Positions 45,045 to 54,144 of a stretch of 64,000 nucleotides of DNA are shown piece by piece. The DNA comes from an uncultured beta proteobacterium (GTDB lineage: Bacteria > Pseudomonadota > Gammaproteobacteria > Burkholderiales > Casimicrobiaceae). The position numbers and the translations under genes were made by a program. The DNA is taken from contig CAVSRR010000006.1 of NCBI GenBank assembly GCA_963730465.1, positions 432,934-496,933 on the forward strand, in the 5' to 3' direction. The notes beneath the pieces were generated by a model. The model ran no database searches. It was not told where the DNA came from and saw nothing but the letters and a program-made list of their open reading frames with translations. The stretch's first letter is position 1, and every line of letters starts with the position of its first letter.

Positions 45045-45583
45045 TCAGGGCGAGCTTGCCGTGACGCGATACACCATGTGCATTTCGTCGTGCAGGACTT
45101 CGTCCACCAGCAATGCGTCGGGTTCGCGCCCGAAAACCCTGAAGCCCGCGGACTCGTACAGGGCAACGGCGGCACCGTTGTCGGCGGTGACGGAAAGGGT
45201 GAGCTGGCGCAGCCCTTCCATCGACGATGCAAACGACAGCGCCGCCTGGAGAAGTTGCGCTGCCCAGACCCTTGCCTCGATGCGCCGGTGCGACATACAT
45301 GCTTCGAACAAATCCCTTGTGGAGTGAGCTTGCGCTCGCGCTCGCGACCGACGCCGACCATCCCCACGAGCTCGGGCCCGGCGAATGCGCCGAACATTGT
45401 GCGCTCCGATTCCGGTCCCAGGTGCCTCTTGATCGTCGCGAGCGGCGTGCCACGCTCTTCCTCGTAGCTCGAGCTGAACGCAGCGGGTGACTCGCGCAGC
45501 GCCGCGAGGCGTAGCGACTGGAATGCGGCGGCGTCGGCGGGGACGAGGCGGCGGAGGGTCGCGCCGACATCAGCGACCTGCAT
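45045..45583 (-). CDS. GNAT family N-acetyltransferase, 1 frame break
   Basis: LRRLVPADAAAFQSLRLAALRESPAAFSSSYEEE...GMVGV, then HRRIEARVWAAQLLQAALSFAS...LTLSVTADNGAAVALYESAGF. Confidence 0.8.
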
Positions 45584-45642
45584 GAGCTGTCATCTGGAAG
45601 GCTTCGCCAGGCCGGCACCGATGGAGAACCCGGTAAAGAATT

Positions 45643-46053
45643 CTAAATCGCGGTCGGCACGCTCGACAGCCACTTGCGTGCCTCGGGCTCGGAAGAATAC
45701 ACATCTGCGGTCAAGCCAAAATCCGCTCCCACCCGGACACCGAACTTTTGAGGATGGATGTATTCGGGATGGACGACCAGCGCGACGACGACCATTCCCT
45801 TCGACTGGTGCGCCCACTGTTCCATCATCAGGAAGCGATCGACGAGGGACGGAATGGAGACGCCGGTCAGCCCCTTCCCGTTGATGAGCAACTTGTCGAC
45901 GCGCCGGTTGCGGCAATCTCCGATCGCGAGATTGATCAGTTCCACCGCCTGCACCAGCGTGCATTCGCCGACAGGGCGGAAATCGCCCATGCCGTCCACG
46001 ATTTCCAGCGACTTCATCATCGGCGAGTCGTTCAAGTTCGACGGCGTGGTCAT
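45643..46053 (-). CDS. Hypothetical protein (possibly STAS/SpoIIAA-like fold; unassigned)
   Basis: Intact 136-aa ORF. ECTLVQAVELINLAIGDCRNRRVDKLLINGKGLTGVSIPSLVDRFLMMEQWA...VVALVVHPEYIHPQKFG. The fold guess is weak. Confidence 0.5.
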   Translation of the reverse strand: MTTPSNLNDSPMMKSLEIVDGMGDFRPVGECTLVQAVELINLAIGDCRNRRVDKLLINGKGLTGVSIPSLVDRFLMMEQWAHQSKGMVVVALVVHPEYIHPQKFGVRVGADFGLTADVYSSEPEARKWLSSVPTAI

Positions 46054-46345
46054 CGAATAACCTATCCGTGCAGGAGAAACGCAGACTGCGGGACGATCAT
46101 GCAGAGCTCCGTTGCTGTGTTGACATCGGTCGCCCAGTCGAATTTCGCGGGATGCTCCACGGCCGCGAATCGACGCGTCGATGACAATCGCGACATATGG
46201 GATCTCCGGCGCGCTCGGGCGAGGACATCAAGTCCGCGCGTCGGCGTCCCTCGCGAGCGCTCCATTCTACGCCAAGACCGTTGGCGGTACGGGTACCGCG
46301 CGAAGCGGCCCGACCTCAAACAGTTTCGCTCCCCGAAGACGGGAG

Positions 46346-46815
46346 TCAGCTGCGCTCTGTGCGGAGCTCACGGGTCATGAACACGCTATACGGGTCCTCG
46401 ACGTAGTTCGCGAACGGCGCGCAGAACTCGAACCCGAAGTGGGCGTAAAGGCTGCGCGCCGGCGCAAAGGCCTCCACCGAGCCTGTCTCGAGGCTCAATC
46501 GCCCGTAAGAACGGCGACCTGCCTCCTCGATAATGTGATGCATCATCGCCGCCGCGACACCCGTTCGCAAATGCGACGACGCAGTGCGCATCGACTTGAT
46601 CTCGCCGTGATGCGGATTCAGCTCCTTGAGGGCGCCACAACCCGCGAGTTCCGCGTTGCGCCAGACCTCCAGAAGGTAATGTCCGGCTTGCGCAGGGCGT
46701 CGATGTCGAGCGCATGGATGCTCTCGGGTGGAGAATGCAGCGTCATGCTGTGCAGATGCTCGCGCAGCAGGGCGATGATCTCCGGACCGGTCAGATCGTC
46801 GATGCGAATATTCAT
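46346..46815 (-). CDS. GNAT family N-acetyltransferase, 1 frame break
   Basis: MNIRIDDLTGPEIIALLREHLHSM; ELAGCGALKELNPHHGEIKSMRTASSHLRTGVAAAMMHHIIEEAGRRSYGRLSLETGS...ARSLYAHFGF. Confidence 0.8.
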
Positions 46816-46883
46816 ACCCTGTCGCGCGCAGCACACAAGGTACGATCAAAGGCGCCGACCCGCGTCGCGTTGCTTCGTAACAT

Positions 46884-47152
46884 TCAGTCGACGATGAAAA
46901 GTGTCACGCCCCGCTCCGTGTGGGAGCGGTGTGCTTCGGCGCCGTCGGCAACCTGGTAGCTCATGCCGGGCTTCAGCGTGAACGTCCTGCCGTCTTCGAG
47001 CTCGGTGTGAAGCTCGCCTTCGGTGCACAGGATAATGTGCCCGCGCCACGCGAACGCAAGCTTGCCCGGCGACCCTGCGCTGGTGCGTCCCCAAACTCGC
47101 TGGAAGACCGTGCAGGAAGCGCATGGCGGCTTCCGCCTCGAGTTGCGATCAT
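46884..47152 (-). pseudogene. DHCW-motif cupin-like gene, degenerate (frame break plus apparent internal deletion of the DHCW segment)
   Basis: C-terminus GHIILCTEGELHTELEDGRTFTLKPGMSYQVADGAEAHRSHTERGVTLFIVD is typical. The segment between ..AFAWR and GHII.. that normally carries the cupin beta-strands and DHCW is missing. ATG 47152 overlaps the upstream GFA stop but lies in another frame. Confidence 0.5.
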
Positions 47153-47511
47153 TCCATCGCCGCGCCGACGGTCCTGCGGACCGGGATGCCCGACGGATCG
47201 AAGTCGTGAAGGCAAAACACATTGACACCAAAGTTGTCGGGCGTGACCCGCTTGCGATGAAACGGATAGATACCGCAGATCCTGCAAAAGAAGTGACGCG
47301 CGGTCTTGGTGTGGAATCGATACTCCGTGAGCGAATCCGCACCGGACAGGAGCTTGAATCGGTCCTGCGGCACTTTGACCATCAACGCATTCTTCCGTCG
47401 GCATATCGAGCAGTCGCAGGTGGTCAGTTCCGGAAAGTCGGTCTCGATTTCAAATGTGATCGCCCCGCAGTGGCAGCTGCCGCGGTATTTTTGCAGCGGA
47501 CGCGTGGTCAT
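47149..47511 (-). CDS. GFA family protein
   Basis: YRGSCHCGAITFE...TCDCSICRRKNAL...RHFFCRICGIYPFH. Intact. Confidence 0.85.
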   Translation of the reverse strand: MTTRPLQKYRGSCHCGAITFEIETDFPELTTCDCSICRRKNALMVKVPQDRFKLLSGADSLTEYRFHTKTARHFFCRICGIYPFHRKRVTPDNFGVNVFCLHDFDPSGIPVRRTVGAAME

Positions 47512-47595
47512 CGCCTGATTTCAGAAGCCGCAGGACGACGTGACACGGCATCCGCGGGTGCAAATGGCGCCCGGGGGTGTCGCCGGCAAGTCAGG

Positions 47596-48024
47596 TCAGG
47601 CGCGATGGACGTAAGCAACAAGGAACACCCCCAGGGCGAGCCCCAGGCAGAGCGGAGCATAGACTGCGCTGTCGAGGCGCGCAAAGGGCGTACCGCGAAT
47701 GCGCTTGAAAAAGCCGACGTAGCGAAAGTCACCCACGGCGCGCGCGAGCAGTCCGAGCGCGAGGGCAAACGCGGCCCAGGTGACCCAAGTCGCCGGGATA
47801 GCGGTCGCGATCAGTCCGGCGCTCGCGGCGACCAGCACGGCGCACGCGGCGAGAGCGACCGAAACGATCAGGGTCGCGAGTGGCGACGGTACGAATAGCG
47901 GTCGATCCTGTACGTGGGGAACCGCGGCGGCCCGGCCGGTCCGGCCGCCGAGCGCCCAATAAGCGTGGATCAGCGCGAGGACCGCGAAAATCGCAATGAC
48001 GACAAAGGCGAAGACCTCCGACAC
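47596..48024 (-). CDS. DUF3995 membrane protein
   Basis: FAVLALIHAYWALGGRTG and four hydrophobic segments. Intact. Confidence 0.7.
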   Translation of the reverse strand: MSEVFAFVVIAIFAVLALIHAYWALGGRTGRAAAVPHVQDRPLFVPSPLATLIVSVALAACAVLVAASAGLIATAIPATWVTWAAFALALGLLARAVGDFRYVGFFKRIRGTPFARLDSAVYAPLCLGLALGVFLVAYVHRA

Positions 48025-48043
48025 GGCGTTCCGGGCGTTTCAG

Positions 48044-48470
48044 CTAGCCGGCGACGAAACGAACATCGGCGATCCAGTTGCGTGCTCTGCGCGCAAGACG
48101 CACCGCCACGTCTTCGTTCCCGAACGTGACGGGAGCCCTCGCAACGCGCGATGGGTCGACATTTTCAAGCACGTTGACATTGACAACCGCATAGAGACGA
48201 TTGCGCGATTTCGCTGGTCACCAACGGCACGGCTCCGCAGCGCGAGCAGACGTGGAAGACGGCAGTGCGAGTGCCGAAAGCGTACGTCGAGACTTGCGAG
48301 GCATCGCCGATCGCAACCGTCAGGCGCGACTTCGGATTGGACGTCCAGACGCCGCCGTGCTTGGTGCAGAACGAACAATCGCACGCGCGCGCCGGGATCT
48401 CAGCCGCGTCGCCGGGCCATTCGAGCTCGAATGCGATGTTGCCGCAGTGGCATTTGCCTTCGATGAGCAT
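48044..48470 (-). CDS. GFA family protein, 1 C-terminal frame break
   Basis: MLIEGKCHCGNIAFE...ACDCSFCTKHGGVW...FHVCSRCGAVP. The reconstructed tail ends NWIADVRFVAG-stop at 48044. Confidence 0.75.
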
Positions 48471-48519
48471 GACGGTGGCCGCTCGAGTGGGTCGATGCGC
48501 GATGACTGAGGCGTGGCGC

Positions 48520-49119
48520 TTAAGGCGCATCGCGCCGGTCACGCGGCACCAATCTCAGGTACTCGGCGAGCGCGCCGCCAGCGAGGGATTTTGCCATGAC
48601 GCGAACCGTATTGACACGCGTGCCCATCGCGATCCCTTCACGCTCGCGAACCTCGACAAAACCACTGTGCTCCCAAAAGCGCTCGCCCCGGCGGTTGCCC
48701 TCGACGACGCCCAGGCGCACCCACTGCGCGCCCCGTTCCTGCGCCCAGGTCAACAACGCCTTCAACATCGCCTGTGCGCTGCCGTCCCCGTGCAGGTTCG
48801 TGGCGACGATGAACAGGCCGATATGCCATATGCCGACCGCCAATAGATCGGAAATGACGTTCGCCATTCCGATCAAGGTGCCGGTCTTGTCCTCGAACCC
48901 GATGAGCCACTTTCTGGTGTAGGACCATCCTTCGGGAGGAACGCTGTCAACTTCTTCGCGTGCCTCGTCCGCGTCAGGCGGTTGCCCGCTGACCGCGAGA
49001 AAATACTCCGGATTGCGCTCAAAAAATCGCTGCAATGCCGGGGTGTCCGTGTCCACCAGCTCCACCGCCCGGAACGCGCCGGCCTCGAACAGCGCCGTTT
49101 CAGATCGGTGCGTGCGCAC
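48520..49119 (-). CDS. GNAT family N-acetyltransferase
   Basis: FRAVELVDTDTPALQRFFERNPEYF...IGLFIVATNLHGDGSAQAMLKALLTWAQERGAQWVRLGVVEGNRRGERFWEHSGF. GTG 49119 is tentative. Confidence 0.75.
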   Translation of the reverse strand: MRTHRSETALFEAGAFRAVELVDTDTPALQRFFERNPEYFLAVSGQPPDADEAREEVDSVPPEGWSYTRKWLIGFEDKTGTLIGMANVISDLLAVGIWHIGLFIVATNLHGDGSAQAMLKALLTWAQERGAQWVRLGVVEGNRRGERFWEHSGFVEVREREGIAMGTRVNTVRVMAKSLAGGALAEYLRLVPRDRRDAP

Positions 49120-49135
49120 GGCGCGAACGTGGCTA

Positions 49136-49955
49136 TCAGCGCTCGACGGCGACAATGTGCGCCTGAATCCTGCCCTCGATCGGCCCGTCACCGAAGCGCC
49201 GGACAAGGGCTGCGGCCGCGACGTCGGTTGCCTCGCCGAGCAGCGATTTGTCGCGCGCCTCGATTTCGGAGCGCAAGGGAGTTCCCTGACAGAAGGCGAT
49301 CGCGGCGTTGCGCGCCGAAGGCGACCGGCTTCTCGCCGCGACGGTGTCTATCCGTGGCGGCGACGCGAAACCCCCTCCCCGGAGATCGCGGCGGACGGCT
49401 TCCATGTCGCAGTAGCCATGCGGCGTTCGAGCCATGAAACGCGGTGGGTCGTCGGGAAAGACGGATTCCAGCGCGACCGTAACCGTGTCGGCAAACTCGT
49501 TTTCCGCGATGCGATCCCAGACGTTGAACAGGAACAGTCCGTCCGCCTTGAGGACGCGCCGCGCCTCGGCGAACGCGAGCGCCTTGTCGGGAAAGAACAT
49601 GACGCCGAACTGGCACACGACGGCATCGAACGACGCGTCGTCAAAGGGCAGCCTCATGGCGTCAGCCTGGCGCCATTCGACCGGGCGGCTCGTTCCGATC
49701 GAGGAAGCCAGATCCAGCATCGGTTGGTTGAGGTCGGTCGCGACGATGGAGACGCGCTCGGGCAGCGTGGATGCGAGGTGCCGCGTGACGACACCCGTGC
49801 CCGCCGCGATTTCGAGCACGCGGGAGATCTTTCTCGATGCCAGGCGCTGCGCGAGATCCGACCGCGTACGGCTCGAAGATCATCGGGACCAGGTTCTCTT
49901 CGTAGAGCTTCGGAATCGAGCCAGCGAAGAGCTTGTCGGACTCGCGGTCGCTCAT
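49136..49955 (-). CDS. Class I SAM-dependent methyltransferase, 1 frame break near 49830
   Basis: MSDRESDKLFAGSIPKLYEENLVPMIFEPYA, then VLEIAAGTGVVTRHLA (motif I), FDAVVCQFGVMFF, LKADGLFLFNVW. Confidence 0.85.
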
Positions 49956-49973
49956 CGGGGTCTCCTTTGCGTC

Positions 49974-50282
49974 CTAACGCTCGTTGGGAGGCATGGTCTT
50001 GATCGGAGCCGCGAATCGGGCGTGAGCCTGCGGGTCGACCGGCCGATGCCGGACCTTCGTGCTCGCAGGGTCCTTGCCTAGGTAATTATCGCCCTTCCAG
50101 TTCTTCGATGGCCGGATGGGTCTTGGAACAAATCCGCCGCCGCAGTTCGGGCATACGTTTTCGAGGATGTTTTCGACGCACGTTGCGCAGAATGTGCATT
50201 CGTAGCTGCAGATGCGCGCATCCGACGCGTCGGGAGGCAACGCCTTGTTGCAATGCTCACAGGTCGGTCTGAGCTCGAGCAT
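49974..50282 (-). CDS. DUF1272 (Cys-rich zinc-ribbon) protein
   Basis: MLELRPTCEHCNKALPPDASDARICSYECTFCATCVENILENVCPNCGGGFVPRPIRP. Confidence 0.8.
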   Translation of the reverse strand: MLELRPTCEHCNKALPPDASDARICSYECTFCATCVENILENVCPNCGGGFVPRPIRPSKNWKGDNYLGKDPASTKVRHRPVDPQAHARFAAPIKTMPPNER

Positions 50283-50304
50283 GCCGCCGGTCCCTTCTTC
50301 CTGG

Positions 50305-50607
50305 TCAGGCCGCGCGCGCGGCGACAAGCTCGTAGTGCTCGACGCTCGGGAACGGATCGTAGAAATGATGCAGCAACTGCTTCCACTGCTGGTACTCGGG
50401 CGAGCCGCGGAATCCGACCGTGTGCGCCTCGAGCGACGTCCAGTTGACGAGCAGAACGTAACGGTTGGCTGTCTCGACGCACCTCTGCAGCTGATGCGAG
50501 ACATGGCCCGGCATGCCTGCGATGATAGGCGAGGCGCGAGCGAACGCGGACTCGAAATCACGTTCGAGGCCAGGGCGAACGTTCAGGACGGCGACTTCGA
50601 GGATCAT
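50305..50607 (-). CDS. Antibiotic biosynthesis monooxygenase (ABM) family protein
   Basis: MILEVAVLNVRPGLERDFESAF...YVLLVNWTSLEAHTVGFRGSPEYQQW. Confidence 0.85.
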   Translation of the reverse strand: MILEVAVLNVRPGLERDFESAFARASPIIAGMPGHVSHQLQRCVETANRYVLLVNWTSLEAHTVGFRGSPEYQQWKQLLHHFYDPFPSVEHYELVAARAA

Positions 50608-50717
50608 CGACGAATCCAAGATAGCTGACGCAGTTGCGAGGCACTACGCGCGTTGAAGGCTCGCTGTCGTGGCGCACCGGAGATCGGACGCCATATTCTA
50701 TGCGTGGCGCGCCACAT

Positions 50718-50981
50718 CTATCCGCGATGTCCGAGGAGCCGTGCCGGCAGGAAGAGGATCGCCTTGAGCAGCGCAAATGCGGCACTCACGCAAATTCCCG
50801 CGAGTCGAAACGGAAGCGCGACAAGCCAGACGAGCGGAAAGAGGACCAGCACCGCCAACGCGAGCGGCCAGGAGAACACGAGCAGCAGGCACCAGACCAG
50901 GGCAAGTGCAAGAAGGCTCACATCGATCTCCTCTTTCGACTTCGTTGCGCCCGAGACGTTCTCAGCCGCCGAAATAGCCAA
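50718..50981 (-). CDS. Small hypothetical membrane protein
   Basis: 87-aa ORF with two hydrophobic helices. The palindrome GTGGCGCGCCAC follows its stop. Confidence 0.4.
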   Translation of the reverse strand: MAISAAENVSGATKSKEEIDVSLLALALVWCLLLVFSWPLALAVLVLFPLVWLVALPFRLAGICVSAAFALLKAILFLPARLLGHRG

Positions 50982-51417
50982 CGCCGCGCGCCATTAGCGC
51001 CGCACACAGGATAATAAGGACTACGCCAGCCAGCTCCCAATGGATGATGGAGCGGATCGCATGCATTCTCGCAGGCGCGACCTGAGGCACCAGCCCTTGT
51101 TTCAGAGCCTTTCTCCACGACAGAAATTGGAGCGTGGGATAGATCGAGAGCAGCCCGACCACGGCGAAAAGCGAGAGCTTCGCGATAAACGTCGCGCTGT
51201 GGAAATAGTACGACGATCCCTTTTCGAAATAGAACACTCTCAGGAACCCGACGACCACGATCACGGTCGCGGAGATTCCGAAAACAAGGTCGACAACCGG
51301 AAGCTTGCGCGCGTTATCGAGGCTCAATTCGCCACGAACCAGCACAAACTCGACGGCGAGCGTCGCGACTAGCGTGAATGCCGCGATGTGATGGAGAAAG
51401 GCGAAGAGCGAGCTCAT
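50962..51417 (-). CDS. DUF2214 family membrane protein
   Basis: MSSLFAFLHHIAAFTLVATLAVEFVL and four TM segments. Intact. Confidence 0.7.
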   Translation of the reverse strand: MSSLFAFLHHIAAFTLVATLAVEFVLVRGELSLDNARKLPVVDLVFGISATVIVVVGFLRVFYFEKGSSYYFHSATFIAKLSLFAVVGLLSIYPTLQFLSWRKALKQGLVPQVAPARMHAIRSIIHWELAGVVLIILCAALMARGVGYFGG

Positions 51418-51501
51418 TGCGAGAACGATTCGGATCGACGAGAAGGCGCTTGCCTCCCGTCAAGAGCTACAACGATTGACGGCAATCTCCGGACGCGACA
51501 T

Positions 51502-51870
51502 TCAACCAGCGTGCCTGGCATAAGCGTAGCTGAAATCGATGGGCGGCGCAGTAATCGACAAGTACTCGAAGGCGGCCGGTCCGTCATTCTGCAATCCGTG
51601 AATCTCGTCGTCGGCGAACCGCACCAGCTCACCCGCGCGCAGCATCCGAGTCTCGCCATCGGCCAGGAGCAGCAGGCCGACGCCGGACAGCGCGTACCAG
51701 ATTTGCTCCGATGACGGGTGCGAGTGGCGCGGCTGGGTCGCGCCCGGGGCCACCGTCACCTTTGTCATCGTAACGCGGCGGGATGATGAATTTCGGGGTG
51801 AAAGGAGTTGCACGGAGTCGACGCCGGGATTGGCGAACGTCGCGAACTGCGCAAGAGTGAAGTGCTCCAT
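51502..51870 (-). CDS. Cupin domain protein
   Basis: VTVAPGATQPRHSHPSSEQIWYALSG...GELVRFADDEIHGLQNDG. Confidence 0.8.
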   Translation of the reverse strand: MEHFTLAQFATFANPGVDSVQLLSPRNSSSRRVTMTKVTVAPGATQPRHSHPSSEQIWYALSGVGLLLLADGETRMLRAGELVRFADDEIHGLQNDGPAAFEYLSITAPPIDFSYAYARHAG

Positions 51871-52034
51871 GCGTCGCAGCCTACCAAGTCGTCCTTGTGG
51901 TGTATGGCCGAGGCGTCAGATTCCGAGCCGAGCGCGCACCGTCCGAGTCTCGTGCAGGATCGGGCTCCATGGAGCTCATATCGTTCTCGAAGATATCGTC
52001 AACTGCGACGGAATACCCTGGACGCCGCGATCCG

Positions 52035-52458
52035 CTAACACGCGCCGAGGCGATGCGCCTTGACCTCCGCCGTAACGGGCTTGCCGTCCACCGTCGTGGT
52101 CAATGTTCCCTCTGGAGTTGTCGCCGTGAAACACCGTCCTGCTGCGGATGGTTCGTTCGCCGCACACAAGAGTGTACTCGACGGTGTTGCCCGCGATCGT
52201 GTAGGACTTGACCGCGCAGCGGCCTTCGGCCTTCTTTTCCGCGGCCGCTTTTCCGCTGGCGGAATCGCCGTTGACCTGGGCCGCGTCGGCGGCGGTCATG
52301 CAGCTCGCGAAAACACGTGGAGCGCCGTCGGTAATCATCGTGAATTCCCATCGACCGGGAACCATGCGGTCCGCCGCGGAAACGAGCGTCGATCCAGCGA
52401 TCAGGCAGCCAGCGGCGGCCGAGAGGAGAGGGCGCGAAGACAGCAGATTGTGTTTCAT
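52035..52458 (-). CDS. DUF3617 family lipoprotein, 1 C-terminal frame break
   Basis: Signal/lipobox LLSAAAGC. PGRWEFTM...CMTAADA...CAVKSYTIAGNTVEYTLVC. The reconstructed tail ends KAHRLGAC-stop at 52035. Confidence 0.7.
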
Positions 52459-52593
52459 CGGCCAAGTATAGGCTTGCGGCGGCCGAAAGCCACCAAGTCG
52501 CGTGCAGCGTGGCGCGAGATCGCGGCCGGCCCGTGCCAGAGATGATGATCTCGCATGCTTCGAACCCGGCGAGCCGCCGCAGCGATTGATCGT

Positions 52594-53310
52594 CTAGCTT
52601 TGCGGATGGATTTTTTTCGCGCGCAGAAAGTATCGGTTGGCGGTCGAGGCGAGAGACAGCGCACCACCGAGGAGCGCGAGGTGCGCCAGTATCAGGCCCA
52701 TGAGAAGGCAGGCCAGTGCGCCTCCGGCCGCGCGCTGCGACATGTGCCGAAGCGCGGACACCGTCGAAAAATTCAGCGACCCGCTCACCCCGGCGGGACC
52801 CGACATCGCTCGCGCGGACAGCAAGCCCTGAACATTGAGCGCAATTGCGTAGATGGTCGAAACGATCAACCCTCCTGCGAAGAAGACAAATGCGGGCCCA
52901 CCGACCAGGTAAGACAGTGTAAACACGACGCCTGCGAAGACTATTTTGGCCACGATGTTTCTGGGCCGGAGGCCACTGCGAACGGCGTCCCAGTCCTCGA
53001 CGGTCATTGCTCTTTGAGAATCGTTCGCGGCGCGCGTCAACTGCGCGATGTGGTGATTCACGAAAAACAAGGCGAGCCATACAACAACGGCGACCCAAGC
53101 GTCGAAGGGCAAGTCGCTTGCCAAAAGCGAGATGAGGTATCTTTCCAAGACTCTAGTCCAGGTCACGTCCCGAGCGCTGGGGACGCATGAGAAGTGCCGG
53201 GCCGTCGGGCGTGGCGACTTCTCGCAAGGAACGTGTCCGAAAATCGCGCCGGACCTGATGCCAAAAGCGTGATCGGCAGGGCGTTCATCGGATACAGGGC
53301 TTCGGGACAA
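52594..53310 (-). CDS. Hypothetical multi-pass membrane protein; start uncertain
   Basis: AWVAVVVWLALFFV, IVFAGVVFTLSYLVGGPAFVFFAGGLIVSTIYAIAL, ALACLLMGLILAHLALLGGAL. No family recognised. Confidence 0.45.
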   Translation of the reverse strand: MSRSPVSDERPADHAFGIRSGAIFGHVPCEKSPRPTARHFSCVPSARDVTWTRVLERYLISLLASDLPFDAWVAVVVWLALFFVNHHIAQLTRAANDSQRAMTVEDWDAVRSGLRPRNIVAKIVFAGVVFTLSYLVGGPAFVFFAGGLIVSTIYAIALNVQGLLSARAMSGPAGVSGSLNFSTVSALRHMSQRAAGGALACLLMGLILAHLALLGGALSLASTANRYFLRAKKIHPQS

Positions 53311-53349
53311 TCAGGGCTATCCGCGGGGATCGCATACATCGCCGTGACA

Positions 53350-53715
53350 TTAGACGCGTGAGGCAGCGATTGCAATCTGTTTGGCCTTGCTGAGCGACGA
53401 GCGAGCTCTTCGATACGACGACTCGACCAGCTCGGTCAGATAGGCGGCTGGAAAGCGATGCACCCGGACAATGGTGATCCAGTGGTAGCGTCCCCTGTAT
53501 CGCGCCGGTTTCACGCCGGGAACATCGGTCAGCTCGATAAATCTGTCCGGGCTGACCCTCGTGCTGAACCGCCATCGCTCGGGCTCGCTGGTCTTGAAGT
53601 AGGCGAAGGTCTTGCCACCGACCGAGTAGACGAGAATATTGCTCGGATCGCCGTATAGCGTTTCGCAGGCCCCGGAGAGACCCTTACAGAAGGCCTTGAG
53701 CTGTGCGACATTCAT
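53350..53715 (-). CDS. MmcQ/YjbR family DNA-binding protein
   Basis: MNVAQLKAFCKGLSGACETLYGDPSNILVYSVGGKTFAYF...KPARYRGRYHWITI. Confidence 0.85.
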   Translation of the reverse strand: MNVAQLKAFCKGLSGACETLYGDPSNILVYSVGGKTFAYFKTSEPERWRFSTRVSPDRFIELTDVPGVKPARYRGRYHWITIVRVHRFPAAYLTELVESSYRRARSSLSKAKQIAIAASRV

Positions 53716-53798
53716 GAGGGGAGTCGAGGTCAGCGTGCGATCGAAACTCGACGAGGCGGTCGGCGCGTCCGACGCGAGCCGTTGGGTCGTGCCATGGC

Positions 53799-54002
53799 TC
53801 AGTCATTCGGAGCTGCTCTATCGCGAAGCCACAGCCAGCACGCAGCGATTAACCCCGCCGAATGTGTCAGCCAGACGCTGTATGTGTGCCATTTGCTGTA
53901 CTTGCAATCCCGCGCGGAGACTTCGGTGTACCGGCCATAGCTGGCGAGATAGAAATGGCCATTGTCGACTTTTCCGCTGATGCCGACGAGAAGAGATCGC
54001 AT
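53799..54002 (-). CDS. Small hypothetical ORF (67 aa, Trp/Tyr/Cys-containing), weak call
   Basis: Low-GC ORF downstream of the LanC-like gene. No family recognised. Confidence 0.25.
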   Translation of the reverse strand: MRSLLVGISGKVDNGHFYLASYGRYTEVSARDCKYSKWHTYSVWLTHSAGLIAACWLWLRDRAAPND

Positions 54003-54144
54003 GAAGGCCGCCCCTCGGTGGATTAGCTGCGTCGCCGAGCGTGTGTCGTGGACGCCACGTGGCCTTAACGATACTACCGAACGAGCGAGCCGTCACACAT
54101 GTCCGGCGCGTGGAAGTCGTGGAAGCTGTCGCTCGGAGGACGCA

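Noticed and set aside
46062-46319. 85-aa minus-strand ORF in the 293-bp gap
   Set aside because: The N-terminal two-thirds is Arg-rich low complexity. Only the last ~40 residues look protein-like, and there is no RBS or family match. It is kept as a possible gene remnant inside a finding rather than as a feature.
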